Shown here: piece after piece, positions 27,221 to 37,836 of the stretch
How the letters are laid out: each line of letters opens with the position of its first letter
How positions within the stretch are numbered: position 1 is the stretch's first letter
NCBI GenBank assembly: GCA_041587435.1
Contig: JBFGYM010000001.1
Location: forward strand, 1 to 56,933
Origin: Woeseiaceae bacterium
GTDB taxonomy: Bacteria > Pseudomonadota > Gammaproteobacteria > Steroidobacterales > Woeseiaceae
Length of the DNA: 56,933 nucleotides
Direction: 5' to 3'
Translations under genes and position numbers: made by a program
The notes under the pieces: model-generated
What the model saw: the letters and a program-made list of their open reading frames with translations, nothing else
Databases searched by the model: none
Told to the model about the DNA's origin: nothing

Positions 27221-27550
27221 ATGACAAACAGGATCGGTCCTATGGATCAGGGAACATTGGGGAAAATCGGCAGCAAGGTCGACGAGTCGCGGTCGCTGGC
27301 CAAGGGCGAGCCCGCGAAAGCCGCGCCCGACGCAGCGCCCGCTTCGTCGGCTCGCAGCGACGAGACGGTCAACCTGACCAATGACGCCAAGCTGCTCGCG
27401 CGGCTCGACAAGGCGCTCGAATCGCTGCCGGCGGTCGATCAGCAACGCGTTGCCGAGATCAAGGCGGCGATTGCCAGTGGCGAGTACGAGATCGACGCCG
27501 ACGCCATCGCGGATGCCATGATTCGCCTCGACCGCTCGTTCGGAGACTAG
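27221..27550 (+). CDS. flgM: Anti-sigma28 factor FlgM
   Basis: 109 aa, low complexity N-terminus. C-terminus RVAEIKAAIASGEYEIDADAIADAMI is the FlgM signature. Confidence 0.9.
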   Translation: MTNRIGPMDQGTLGKIGSKVDESRSLAKGEPAKAAPDAAPASSARSDETVNLTNDAKLLARLDKALESLPAVDQQRVAEIKAAIASGEYEIDADAIADAMIRLDRSFGD

Positions 27551-27552
27551 TC

Positions 27553-28044
27553 GTGCCGATAATCTCCCCGGATTTCGCTCGCGAAGAGATCGTCAAGCTT
27601 TTGAACGACATGGTCTACGAGGCGCTGGGCCTCAAAGAGGCGCTCGCGGAGGAGCGCAATGCGCTGCAGGATGCCCAGATGCAGGGACTCGGCGACGCGG
27701 TCAAGCTCAAAGCTGCCTGCGTCGATGCGCTGACCAAACTCGACGACCGGCGCGACGCCCTGTGCCGCTCCTGGGACTTTGCGTCCGGCTCCTCGCAAAT
27801 GCAGGCTGTCATCGAGTGGTGCGATGACGGCGGGCTCGTCGGCGACCTGTGGGACCACCTGATGGTGATTGCCGCCGAATCCAACGCCATGAACCTGACC
27901 AACGGCGCCGCCATCCGAGCGCGAGCGCAGCAGATCGAATCGAGCCTTGCCGTGCTTCGCGGCAAGGAGCCCGGTGTCGGCACCTACGGCCGGCAGGGCG
28001 AGTCGACCGGCGACCTGGGCCAGCAGTCGCTGGCGCAGGCCTGA
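27553..28044 (+). CDS. flgN: Flagellar chaperone FlgN
   Basis: 163-aa helical protein with a GTG start 2 nt after the flgM stop. Position and FlgN-like sequence (LLNDMVYEALGLKEALAEERNALQ). Confidence 0.8.
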   Translation: MPIISPDFAREEIVKLLNDMVYEALGLKEALAEERNALQDAQMQGLGDAVKLKAACVDALTKLDDRRDALCRSWDFASGSSQMQAVIEWCDDGGLVGDLWDHLMVIAAESNAMNLTNGAAIRARAQQIESSLAVLRGKEPGVGTYGRQGESTGDLGQQSLAQA

Positions 28045-28069
28045 GCAGGCCGGATTCAGGGCAACCGCC

Positions 28070-28273
28070 ATGCTGATCGTGAGCCGACGCGACGCGGAGT
28101 CTCTCCTGATCCGGCCCGGTGAAGGCATCGACCCGAGCATGACGCTGGCCGACCTTTTTCGGGACGGCCCGATCGAGATCCGGATTTTTTCATCCACGCA
28201 CGACCGCGTGAAGATGGGCATCCAGGCGCCGACAGCGCTGTCTATCTGGCGCAAGGACGCAGACCCCGCCTGA
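28070..28273 (+). CDS. rsmN: CsrA-family RNA-binding protein of the RsmN/RsmF topology
   Basis: 67 aa from ATG 28070: MLIVSRRDAESLLIRPGEGIDPSMTLADLFRDGPIEIRIFSSTHDRVKMGIQAPTALSIWRKDADPA. It has a CsrA-like beta1 (LIVSRR). A helix-like insert precedes the remaining strands. The (V/M)GI-APxxxxIxR core is conserved. The N-terminal part of ORF 27947..28273 overlaps flgN and is rejected. Confidence 0.7.
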   Translation: MLIVSRRDAESLLIRPGEGIDPSMTLADLFRDGPIEIRIFSSTHDRVKMGIQAPTALSIWRKDADPA

Positions 28274-28320
28274 ACCTCGCCCTACGTCGAATTGCCTACT
28301 GCTTTTCGCCGCCGCATCCG

Positions 28321-28326
28321 TATAAT
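28321..28326 (+). promoter_or_regulatory. Candidate -10 hexamer for pckG
   Basis: Perfect TATAAT in an otherwise GC-rich intergenic region, 61 nt upstream of the pckG ATG. No convincing -35 at 17 bp. Confidence 0.3.
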
Positions 28327-28386
28327 CGCGGAAAAGTTTTACCGGAAACCATCTGTCCGGAATTCCTTCAAGAAAGACGGCGGCAC

Positions 28387-30150
<1,764 letters not shown>

Positions 30151-30175
30151 TTCATCCGAGGTGGCACGCTACTAC

Positions 30176-30199
30176 GGGGACACCTTCAAAGGTGTCCCC
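30176..30199. terminator. Bidirectional hairpin between convergent pckG and the cyclase gene
   Basis: GGGGACACC-TTCAAA-GGTGTCCCC, a perfect 9-bp stem. A third copy of GGTGTCCCC follows at 30202-30210. Confidence 0.6.
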
Positions 30200-30220
30200 A
30201 CGGTGTCCCCGCCGCGGCAC

Positions 30221-31126
30221 TTAATCGATCATCTTGTAGTAGACGGCGAGGTTTGAGCCCGGCGCTTCGGCGCGACCGAGCCCGATCGTGCCCTCGGCGT
30301 CGAGTTCTGCCGTGTCGCGGCGGACGAACGTCTCCCGGCCCTGGGCGCTCTGCAGGAAGGTACCGTTCGTGCTCTGATCGACGAGCACGAACTTGCCGCG
30401 CCGCATCTCGATCTTCGCGTGAATGCGGGAAATCAGATTGCCCTTGATGACCACGTCATTGTCATCGGCGCGCCCGAGATTGATCGACTTGCGCTTGTCG
30501 GACACCTCGACCGTCGTATCCCGAAAATTCAGCAAGAGCTTCGATGCGCGGCGCTCCTTGTTCTCCCACTCGATCGTCGGCAGCATGCTGGTCGCCTCTT
30601 CGGGCTGCCAGACGAGTTCGTAAAGTGCTACCTCGTCGAGTCGCCCGCGCACGGTGGCGACATCGATCTGGCGCGTCTGCTTGCGAAGGTCCGAGCTCAT
30701 CTGCTCCACGGTGAACCCGGAGATTATGATTTGCTTCGCCTTCGCCTGAGAGGTCATGCGGTTCGCCGTGTGCACGGCCGCGCCGAAAATGTCGTTCTGC
30801 TCCTGGACCACCGGACCGTAGTGGCAACCGATACGGATCGAGACGGGGATGCCGTCTTTCTTGGTCTCGGAGGTGACGCGCGACTGCATCATCACCGCCG
30901 CACCCATGGCGTCGTCGACGGTCTCGAAGGTCGACATGACCTCGTCGCCGATCGTCTTGATCACGGTGCCGTTGAACTGGTAGGTCGCGTCTTTCATGAT
31001 CTCGAGACAATGTGCGACCGTCTCGCTGGCCTTGGTATCGCCGAACTTGTCATACAGCTGCGTGCTACCGACGACGTCGGCGAACACGATCGCGACTTCA
31101 AGGTCTTTTGCCATAACCCGGCTCAC
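30221..31126 (-). CDS. Class III adenylate/guanylate cyclase with C-terminal FHA domain
   Basis: Cyclase motifs (VAIVFADVVGST, KTIGDEVM, RIGCHYGPV, GAAVHTANRM). FHA-like C-terminus (INLGRADDNDVVIKGNLISRIHAKIEMRRGKFVLVDQSTNGTF). Confidence 0.85.
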   Translation of the reverse strand: MSRVMAKDLEVAIVFADVVGSTQLYDKFGDTKASETVAHCLEIMKDATYQFNGTVIKTIGDEVMSTFETVDDAMGAAVMMQSRVTSETKKDGIPVSIRIGCHYGPVVQEQNDIFGAAVHTANRMTSQAKAKQIIISGFTVEQMSSDLRKQTRQIDVATVRGRLDEVALYELVWQPEEATSMLPTIEWENKERRASKLLLNFRDTTVEVSDKRKSINLGRADDNDVVIKGNLISRIHAKIEMRRGKFVLVDQSTNGTFLQSAQGRETFVRRDTAELDAEGTIGLGRAEAPGSNLAVYYKMID

Positions 31127-31157
31127 AGCTTCCTAGCCCAAGCAGCTAATAATACTA

Positions 31158-32021
31158 CTATTTCTGCGCGACGATGTACGCGATCCATGCGAGGTCCGCC
31201 TCGCCCCGCTCATCCGGCGTGAACTCGCCGTTGCCCTCGCCGTCCTCGTCCTCGCCTTCCCAGTAGACCGTTGCGGTGCGGAATCCCGCTTCGAGCAGCA
31301 ATTCGCGAAGCTCGGGAGCCGACCACAGTCGCCACTCGTAGGTGAATGCCTTCTTCAGCTTGGAGCCGTCCTTGAATTTGAAGTGAATATGGCAGCGAAT
31401 GTAGTGCGTCACCGGGTGGAATTCCGCCTGGTGCCAGATGTAGGTGAAGCCGTGCTTCTTGTGCTTCGTCTTTTCCCTGGTCTCCTCCTGCGATTCCGGG
31501 CCGCCGAACATGTCGCAGAAGAACACGCCGTCGTCCTGCAGCGCGTCGTAAGCACGTCGAAAATACGCGCGCAGCGTGTCTCGCGTGTCGAAAATGAAAT
31601 AGCTGAAGTTGAACGCCGCGAGCACGTCGACTTTCGGCGTGTCGACCTCCATGACGTCGGACTCGATCAGGCTGACGCGCGCCCGGTCCTCCGGGTCCAG
31701 CCGGCCGACGCGATGCTTGCGCCCCCATTCGAGCACCGCCGGGTCGATGTCGACCCCGATGGCCTGGAACTCCTTGCCCTGGCGCACCCACTCGCACGAG
31801 GCACTCGCGGTACCGCAAAAATCCTCGCGAAACAGGTGCGCGGTGCGGCCGGTCAGCGACTTGAACGTCGTCTGCAGGAATTCCACCTCGTTCTCCACGT
31901 TCTGCACCGAGAGTTCGTAGAGTTCGTGCTTGTCGGCCTGCTCGGCCATCGTCGAGTGTTTGCTGGCTGTTTTCACGCTCATTTGATCCGCTCTTTCAGG
32001 TGCTCTCGTCGGGCCGTGCAT
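31158..32021 (-). CDS. Class I SAM-dependent methyltransferase
   Basis: Motif I-like EDFCGTASAS...AIGVDID. Acidic post-I residue. Rossmann-type pattern. The start may be an internal Met. Confidence 0.75.
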   Translation of the reverse strand: MHGPTRAPERADQMSVKTASKHSTMAEQADKHELYELSVQNVENEVEFLQTTFKSLTGRTAHLFREDFCGTASASCEWVRQGKEFQAIGVDIDPAVLEWGRKHRVGRLDPEDRARVSLIESDVMEVDTPKVDVLAAFNFSYFIFDTRDTLRAYFRRAYDALQDDGVFFCDMFGGPESQEETREKTKHKKHGFTYIWHQAEFHPVTHYIRCHIHFKFKDGSKLKKAFTYEWRLWSAPELRELLLEAGFRTATVYWEGEDEDGEGNGEFTPDERGEADLAWIAYIVAQK

Positions 32022-32030
32022 TGTAGCCGC

Positions 32031-33014
32031 CTACGCGGCGGCAGGCATAGCGTTAAGTGCGTTGACGAGGACCTCGCTCCCCGCCCCCTCGCGGTACGCA
32101 TGCTCACTGATGTACCGCCGCCATGCCCGCGCCCCGGGGCGGCCCGCAAACAGGCCCAGCATGTGACGCGTGACGGCGTGAAGCGGGACGCCGGTGTCGA
32201 GTTGCCGGTCGACGTAGGCGACCATTTTTTCGACCACGTCGTCGCGGCTCGGCGCGACGAATGTCGCGTCGAGATGCTGCTGGAGTTCAACGAGCAGCCA
32301 TGGCCGATGGTACGCCTGCCGACCGATCATCGCCCCGTCAACGTGCCGGAGTGCCGTATCGACCTCGGCAATGCTCGCCAGACCGCCGTTGAGGACGATC
32401 TCGAGGTCGGGGAAATCGCGCTTCAAGCGGTACACGCGCTCGTAGTCGAGCGGTGGCACGCTGCGGTTCTCCTTCGGGCTCAGCCCCTCGAGGACGGCAA
32501 TCCGTGCATGCACGATGAACTTCCTGCAACCGGCCGCGGCCAGTGGCTCGACGAACGCGCGGAGGAAGGCGTAGCTGTCGTGGTTATCGAGACCGATGCG
32601 CGACTTGACCGTGACCGGCACGTCCGTTTCACGCGTCATCGCCGTGTAGCACCGTGCAACGAGATCCGGACGCGCCATGAGGCAGGCACCGAACTGCCCG
32701 CTCTGCACGCGATCGCTCGGGCAACCGACGTTGATGTTGATCTCGTCGTAGCCGTGACGGGATGCCGCGGCGGTTGCCCGGGCCATCCAGTCCGGGTCGG
32801 AGCCACCGAGCTGCAGTGCCACCGGGTGCTCTTCCGCGCTGAACGCGAGCAGGCGCCCGGCATCGCCGTGCACGATCGCGGCCGCGGTCACCATCTCGGT
32901 GTACAGCAGCGCGGACGGGCTCAGCAGCCGCAGGAAATAGCGGCAGTGCCTGTCCGTCCAGTCCATCATGGGAGCGACGGCGATACGCGATGGCTTGTCG
33001 ATCCGATACGCCAT
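32031..33014 (-). CDS. dusA: tRNA dihydrouridine(20/20a) synthase DusA
   Basis: 327 aa. IAVAPMMDWTDRHCRYFLRLL, NINVGCPS, VTVKSRIG are the DusA family signature. Confidence 0.93.
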   Translation of the reverse strand: MAYRIDKPSRIAVAPMMDWTDRHCRYFLRLLSPSALLYTEMVTAAAIVHGDAGRLLAFSAEEHPVALQLGGSDPDWMARATAAASRHGYDEININVGCPSDRVQSGQFGACLMARPDLVARCYTAMTRETDVPVTVKSRIGLDNHDSYAFLRAFVEPLAAAGCRKFIVHARIAVLEGLSPKENRSVPPLDYERVYRLKRDFPDLEIVLNGGLASIAEVDTALRHVDGAMIGRQAYHRPWLLVELQQHLDATFVAPSRDDVVEKMVAYVDRQLDTGVPLHAVTRHMLGLFAGRPGARAWRRYISEHAYREGAGSEVLVNALNAMPAAA

Positions 33015-33052
33015 ATTCCACTTTTAAATCAATTGGTTATTGAAACGAATTC

Positions 33053-33069
33053 TGCACTGAACCAGTGCA
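33053..33069. promoter_or_regulatory. Inverted repeat in the dusA / HAD-PlsC divergent region (possible operator)
   Basis: TGCACTG-AAC-CAGTGCA, perfect 7-3-7 palindrome, 39 nt upstream of the dusA ATG. Confidence 0.25.
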
Positions 33070-33354
33070 CCTTGTCCAAGCCGGCGGGTGCACGCCCGCG
33101 CAGCGAATGATTCTCCGCTGTCGCGCCTCTATCGGCGGTCGACAGAATACCGGCTTGCGATCATGCCTGAAAACAGGGACTTGCGCGCCCAGCTTTCCTG
33201 GCTGCGGCCCTTCGCGATGTTCGCTCTCGCCTGCCGCGCCGTGACATCGGTCGCCCATCGGGCCCTTTTCGGCGCGTTCCGAGCGAATCTGCGCGAAAAA
33301 CGTAGTGCGAGGTACCCCGCTCACCGTACAATGGCGGGCTGAGAGGAGTTTGCC

Positions 33355-34821
33355 GTGTCCCACCACAACGTCGTCGCCGAAGTCGAGAACCTGCCGGACG
33401 GACCGGAAATCGGGGCATTGTTCGATTTCGACGGCACGATCATTGCGGGCTACTCGGCCGTCACGTTCATCCGGGAGCAGCTCAGGCGCGGGCAGCTGTC
33501 GCCGCGCGAATTCGTCGAGCTGGTCAGCGTCATGGCCAGTTTCGGCATCGGCATTCTCGGGTTCCCGGCGCTCGCCCTGGCCGCATCCCAGTTCCTGCGC
33601 GGTGTGCGCGAGGACAGCTACGCCCAGTTCGGTGAAGAGATCTTCCGCTCCCATCTCGCAAAACAGATCTATCCCGAGACGCGCGCCCTCGTCGAGACGC
33701 ACCTCAAGAAGGGCCACACGGTAGCGATCATTTCGTCGGCCTCGCCCTACCAGGTCGTTCCTGCTGCCCGCAGCCTCGATATCGAGCACGTGCTCTGCAC
33801 GCACCTGCAGGTGGAGAACGGCGTGTTCACGGGCGAGGTCAAGCGCCCGATCTGCTTCGGCCCGGGCAAAGTGCTCGCCGCAGAGAAACTCGCCGAGGAG
33901 CGCGGCGTCGACCTCGACAAGAGCTTCTTCTATTCCGACAGCACCGACGACCTGCAATTGCTCGAGCGCGTCGGCAACCCGAGGCCGCTGAATCCGAGCA
34001 GCCGGCTGCTGTCGATATCCGAGGAGCGCGGCTGGCCGGTACGCCGCTTTGCGAGCCGCGGCCGCCCGACGCCGACGGATTGGCTGCGCACGGCGATGGT
34101 CCCGGCGAGCCTGATGGGCAGCTTTTTTGCGGGCCTTCCGATATGGGCCCTGACCGGCTCGCGGCGCGACGCCATCAACTTCTCGATGTCGGTCTTCGCC
34201 GATCTTGCCAGTGCGCTGATCGGTCTGAATCTGCGCATCAAGGGTGAACACCATCTCTGGTCGCATCGTCCGGCCGTGTTCATCTTCAATCACCAGAGCA
34301 ACGTCGACATGGTCATCGTCGCGCGCCTGCTGCGCCGCGACATCAGCGGAGTCGGCAAGAAAGAGATCGGCGATGTTCCGTTGATCGGCCGCATCCTCGA
34401 ATACTCGGGTGTCGTGCTGATCGACAGGAAGGATCACGACAGCGCGGTGGAGGCGCTGTCCGGGCTGGTCGACACGATGCGCATCGAGGGCAAGTCGGTG
34501 TGCGTGTCGCCGGAAGGAACACGCTCGATCACGCCGAAACTTGCGCCGTTCAAGAAAGGTGCGTTCCACCTCGCCATGCAGGCGGGCGTACCGGTCGTCC
34601 CGATCGTGATCCGCAACTCCGTCGACGTTATGCCCAAGGGCTCGGCGATCTACCATCCCGCCACGGTCGACGTCGAGGTGCTGCCGCCGATAGACACCGC
34701 CAACTGGAAGTCCGAGACGATTGACGACCATGTCAACGAGGTGCGCGACCTGTACCTGCGTACACTGGGTCAGGATCGTGATGGGCACCTCGTCAAGCCA
34801 CTACGTGTAGTCAAGAACTAA
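33355..34821 (+). CDS. Fusion protein: HAD-IB family phosphatase + 1-acyl-sn-glycerol-3-phosphate acyltransferase (PlsC/LPLAT)
   Basis: N-terminal half has HAD motifs FDFDGT and YSDSTDD. C-terminal half has NHQSNVD (HX4D) and SPEGTRS acyltransferase motifs. GTG start with a GAGAGGAG Shine-Dalgarno. Confidence 0.85.
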   Translation: MSHHNVVAEVENLPDGPEIGALFDFDGTIIAGYSAVTFIREQLRRGQLSPREFVELVSVMASFGIGILGFPALALAASQFLRGVREDSYAQFGEEIFRSHLAKQIYPETRALVETHLKKGHTVAIISSASPYQVVPAARSLDIEHVLCTHLQVENGVFTGEVKRPICFGPGKVLAAEKLAEERGVDLDKSFFYSDSTDDLQLLERVGNPRPLNPSSRLLSISEERGWPVRRFASRGRPTPTDWLRTAMVPASLMGSFFAGLPIWALTGSRRDAINFSMSVFADLASALIGLNLRIKGEHHLWSHRPAVFIFNHQSNVDMVIVARLLRRDISGVGKKEIGDVPLIGRILEYSGVVLIDRKDHDSAVEALSGLVDTMRIEGKSVCVSPEGTRSITPKLAPFKKGAFHLAMQAGVPVVPIVIRNSVDVMPKGSAIYHPATVDVEVLPPIDTANWKSETIDDHVNEVRDLYLRTLGQDRDGHLVKPLRVVKN

Positions 34822-36287
34822 TGGATCAGCTCAGCCCACAAGACGCCCAGTTCCTCTACATGGAGTCAGAGGACAACCACATCCAGATCACGGCCATCGC
34901 CATCTTTGACCCGTCGACGGTGCCGGACGGCAAGGTCGTGCGCTTCAAGGACATCCTTGCGCACATCGAAAGCCGCCTGCACATGAACCCGCTGTTTCGC
35001 CGGCGCCTCGTGCGCGTGCCGCTGGATCTCGACTTCCCGTACTGGGTCGATGACGAGCATTTCGATCTCGAATACCACGTGCAGCACAGCCGGCTGCCCG
35101 CGCCGGGTGACTGGCGCCAGCTCTGCATCCAGCTGTCACGGTTCCATGCCCGGCCGCTCGACAAGTCGCGCCCGCTCTGGGAGATGCTGGTCATCGAAGG
35201 ACTCGACCACGTTGACGGCGTCCCCGACGGCGCCTACGCGATCGCGACCAAGATGCACCATGCGGCTGTCGACGGCGCCTCGATCGTCAAGTACTTCGGT
35301 GCGTTGATGGACATCGACAACCAGGGAACGCCCGCGGTGCCGCTGGACGCGTTCGAAGCCCGGCGCAGCCCGAAACCGGGCGTGGTCGACATTGCGACGC
35401 GGGCCGTCTGGAATACCGTGCGCTCGCCGATCGGCCTGACCGACGCGATGATGCGCTCGGCGCCGGCGCTGTACCGCTGGGTGCAGGATGCCCTTTCTTC
35501 CCAGCGCGAAGTCTCGGACTCGGTTCCCGACACACGTTTCAATTGCAATGCGTCGCCCCACAAGATGTTCGACGCGACGACCGTCGGACTCGATGAGCTG
35601 AAAGCCATCAAGCAGGCGGTGCCCGGCAGCACCATCAACGACATCGTGCTGTGCATTTGCGGCGGCGCCCTGCGCAAGTACCTGATGCATCACAAGGAGC
35701 TGCCTGCCGAGTCGCTCGTTGCCTGGGTGCCGATCAATGCGAGGAACGGCACCAACGACGACGACGAGAAGATCGGCAACCGGGTCACGTCGATGACGAC
35801 GCGGATCTTCACGAACAAGGCGGATCCCCTCACGCGGCTGCGCGCCATCCATGCCGCGACGCAGAAAAGCAAGGCGGCCCGGTCCGGCGTGTCCGCGCGC
35901 CTCATGACGGACCTGAGCCAGCACGTGCCCGCCGCCACGATGGTCACGGCCGGTCGCCTCGTATTGCGCGCCGGCATGGCCGCGAACATCTGCAACCTGT
36001 TCATCTCGAACGTGCCGGGGCCGCAGGTCCCGATGTACATGAACGGCGCCCGCCAGATTTCGACGTACGGCATCGCCCCGCTCGCCGACGGCATGGGGCT
36101 GTTCATCGCCACGCCGAGCTACAACGGCAAGATGACGTTCAACGTGACGTCTACGCGCGAGACCTTGCCGGATATCGACTTCTTCGTGCGCTGCATCGAC
36201 GAGTCGCTCGCGGAACTGCGCGAGGCGGTGCGCCGGAAACCCGCCGCCCGCAAGAAGGCGGCGTCGCGCAAATCGGCCAAGAAGTAA
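34821..36287 (+). CDS. Wax ester synthase / acyl-CoA:diacylglycerol acyltransferase (WS/DGAT)
   Basis: 488 aa. Catalytic HHAAVDG (HHxxxDG). Family-typical N-terminus MDQLSPQDAQFLYMES. The start overlaps the upstream stop (TAATG). Confidence 0.9.
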   Translation: MDQLSPQDAQFLYMESEDNHIQITAIAIFDPSTVPDGKVVRFKDILAHIESRLHMNPLFRRRLVRVPLDLDFPYWVDDEHFDLEYHVQHSRLPAPGDWRQLCIQLSRFHARPLDKSRPLWEMLVIEGLDHVDGVPDGAYAIATKMHHAAVDGASIVKYFGALMDIDNQGTPAVPLDAFEARRSPKPGVVDIATRAVWNTVRSPIGLTDAMMRSAPALYRWVQDALSSQREVSDSVPDTRFNCNASPHKMFDATTVGLDELKAIKQAVPGSTINDIVLCICGGALRKYLMHHKELPAESLVAWVPINARNGTNDDDEKIGNRVTSMTTRIFTNKADPLTRLRAIHAATQKSKAARSGVSARLMTDLSQHVPAATMVTAGRLVLRAGMAANICNLFISNVPGPQVPMYMNGARQISTYGIAPLADGMGLFIATPSYNGKMTFNVTSTRETLPDIDFFVRCIDESLAELREAVRRKPAARKKAASRKSAKK

Positions 36288-36296
36288 CGCAGGTAC

Positions 36297-37733
36297 CTAG
36301 ATCACGGCGCCGAGATAGATCGTCGAGGCGATCATGAAATACACGAGGACGCCGAGGATGTCGTTGGCGGTCGTGATGAAGACGCCCGTCGCGACCGCGG
36401 GATCGATGTCGAAGTGATTCAGTACGAGCGGGATCGTCGAACCCAGCGTCGCCGCGATCATCGTCACGAGGAGCACGGACAGGCCGGCCGCAATCGCCAG
36501 CCGTATCGGCGCCTCGATGCTGACGAACTCCGCGATCAGCACGACGAGCAGCGCCAGGGCGACCGCGATCAGCGTGCCGTTGATCAACGACCCGAGAAAT
36601 TCCTTGACGACGCGGCGTCCGAGGTCGCCGATCCAGAGATTGCCGGCGGCGAGACCCTGCACCGTGACGGTTGACGCCTGGATGCCGGCGTTGCCCGCCA
36701 TGGCCATGACGACCGGGATGAAGCTCGCCAGGATGGCAGCCTGCTTCAACTGGTCTTCGAATGATCCGACAACGGCGCCGGCGAGCACCGCGCCGATGAG
36801 TCCGCCTGCCAGCCATGGCAGCCGGCCGCGAATGATCCGCCCCACCGAGTCGTCGGGCAAGGCGTCGGGCGCCAGGCCGCTCATCAGCATGATGTCTTCC
36901 TCGGCCTCGTCGCGGACGATTTCCTGGAGTTCTTCGACCGTGATGCGGCCGATGACGTGGCGTCCGGCGTCGACAACCGGAATCGTCTGGACGTCATACA
37001 TGCGCGCGAGTTCGAGCACATCTTCCTGGTCGGCATCCGGGTGTACGAAGACCGGCACCTCCCGCATGATGTCGCGGATCATCGTCTTCTTCTTGTTCAG
37101 CAACAGGTCGCGCAACTGCAGTCGACCCACGAGCTGGCGCGACTCGTTGACGACGTAAACCTCGTAGAAGGTCTCTATCGCCTTCGCCATCTTGCGAACC
37201 GCGCGCGTCGCGGTGCGGACATCCCATTCGTCCAGTACCGCGACGAACTTGTTGGTCATCACCTCGCCGGCCGTGTCCTCCTCGAACTCCAGTCGTTCGC
37301 GGATGTCCCGGCTGTCCGTCAGCTGCGCGAGCACGCGTTCGGCCATCGGGTCGGGCAGGTCGTCGAGCAATTCGACCGCGTCGTCTTCGTCCAGGCCCTC
37401 GATGATCTCGGCGATGCGCGCGATATCGGTATCCTGGACGAGGTTCGCGCGCAGGTCCTGGCTGACCTCGGACAGCACCTCGGCCGCGGTTTCGGATGGC
37501 AGCCAGCCATGGAGGCGTCGCGCCAGCCGGATCGGCAGGTGGATCATGAGCTCCATGACGTCGCCGGGCGACCAGGCGCCGATGATCGCCAGCACCCGCT
37601 CCGGTGCTTCGTCGCGGACCAGTTCCTCGATGCCAGCCAGCAATTCGCGGCTCTCGGGCGCCAGCTCGCCCGGCTCGCCGCGCACCCACTCCGCTCCTGG
37701 CCGTTCCTCGTTCTTTTCGGGTTCGCCTGACAT
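36297..37733 (-). CDS. mgtE: Magnesium transporter MgtE
   Basis: 478 aa. N-domain, CBS pair and a 5-TM C-terminus with GNAGIQAS. Confidence 0.92.
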   Translation of the reverse strand: MSGEPEKNEERPGAEWVRGEPGELAPESRELLAGIEELVRDEAPERVLAIIGAWSPGDVMELMIHLPIRLARRLHGWLPSETAAEVLSEVSQDLRANLVQDTDIARIAEIIEGLDEDDAVELLDDLPDPMAERVLAQLTDSRDIRERLEFEEDTAGEVMTNKFVAVLDEWDVRTATRAVRKMAKAIETFYEVYVVNESRQLVGRLQLRDLLLNKKKTMIRDIMREVPVFVHPDADQEDVLELARMYDVQTIPVVDAGRHVIGRITVEELQEIVRDEAEEDIMLMSGLAPDALPDDSVGRIIRGRLPWLAGGLIGAVLAGAVVGSFEDQLKQAAILASFIPVVMAMAGNAGIQASTVTVQGLAAGNLWIGDLGRRVVKEFLGSLINGTLIAVALALLVVLIAEFVSIEAPIRLAIAAGLSVLLVTMIAATLGSTIPLVLNHFDIDPAVATGVFITTANDILGVLVYFMIASTIYLGAVI

Positions 37734-37836
37734 GCCGATCTCCCGTCGCGCCGGCGGCGCGCGCGTGTTACATACTGGGTCTCGACCTTACTGTATCGGC
37801 CGAGACGGATAAACCCGCCAGCGCCTGCTGAACTCG

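Noticed and set aside
30200-30210. Third copy of the terminator arm (GGTGTCCCC) as evidence of a repeat family
   Set aside because: It is too short (9 nt) and is seen only here in the window. It probably just offers an alternative pairing for the bidirectional terminator.
32031-33354. dusA 5' region as a possible integration site of a dusA-specific mobile element
   Set aside because: No integrase, att-like direct repeat or foreign-composition block is adjacent. dusA appears intact with its normal N-terminus.
33037-34788. 583-aa minus-strand ORF opposite the HAD-PlsC fusion gene
   Set aside because: It has no motifs and an Arg-rich composition. The + strand frame carries DxDxT, HX4D and EGTR motifs and a good Shine-Dalgarno.
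37734-37836. Possible Mg2+ riboswitch (M-box) in the mgtE leader
   Set aside because: The leader is about 100 nt and GC-rich. I could recognise no M-box-like conserved helices, and M-box elements are mainly a Firmicute feature.
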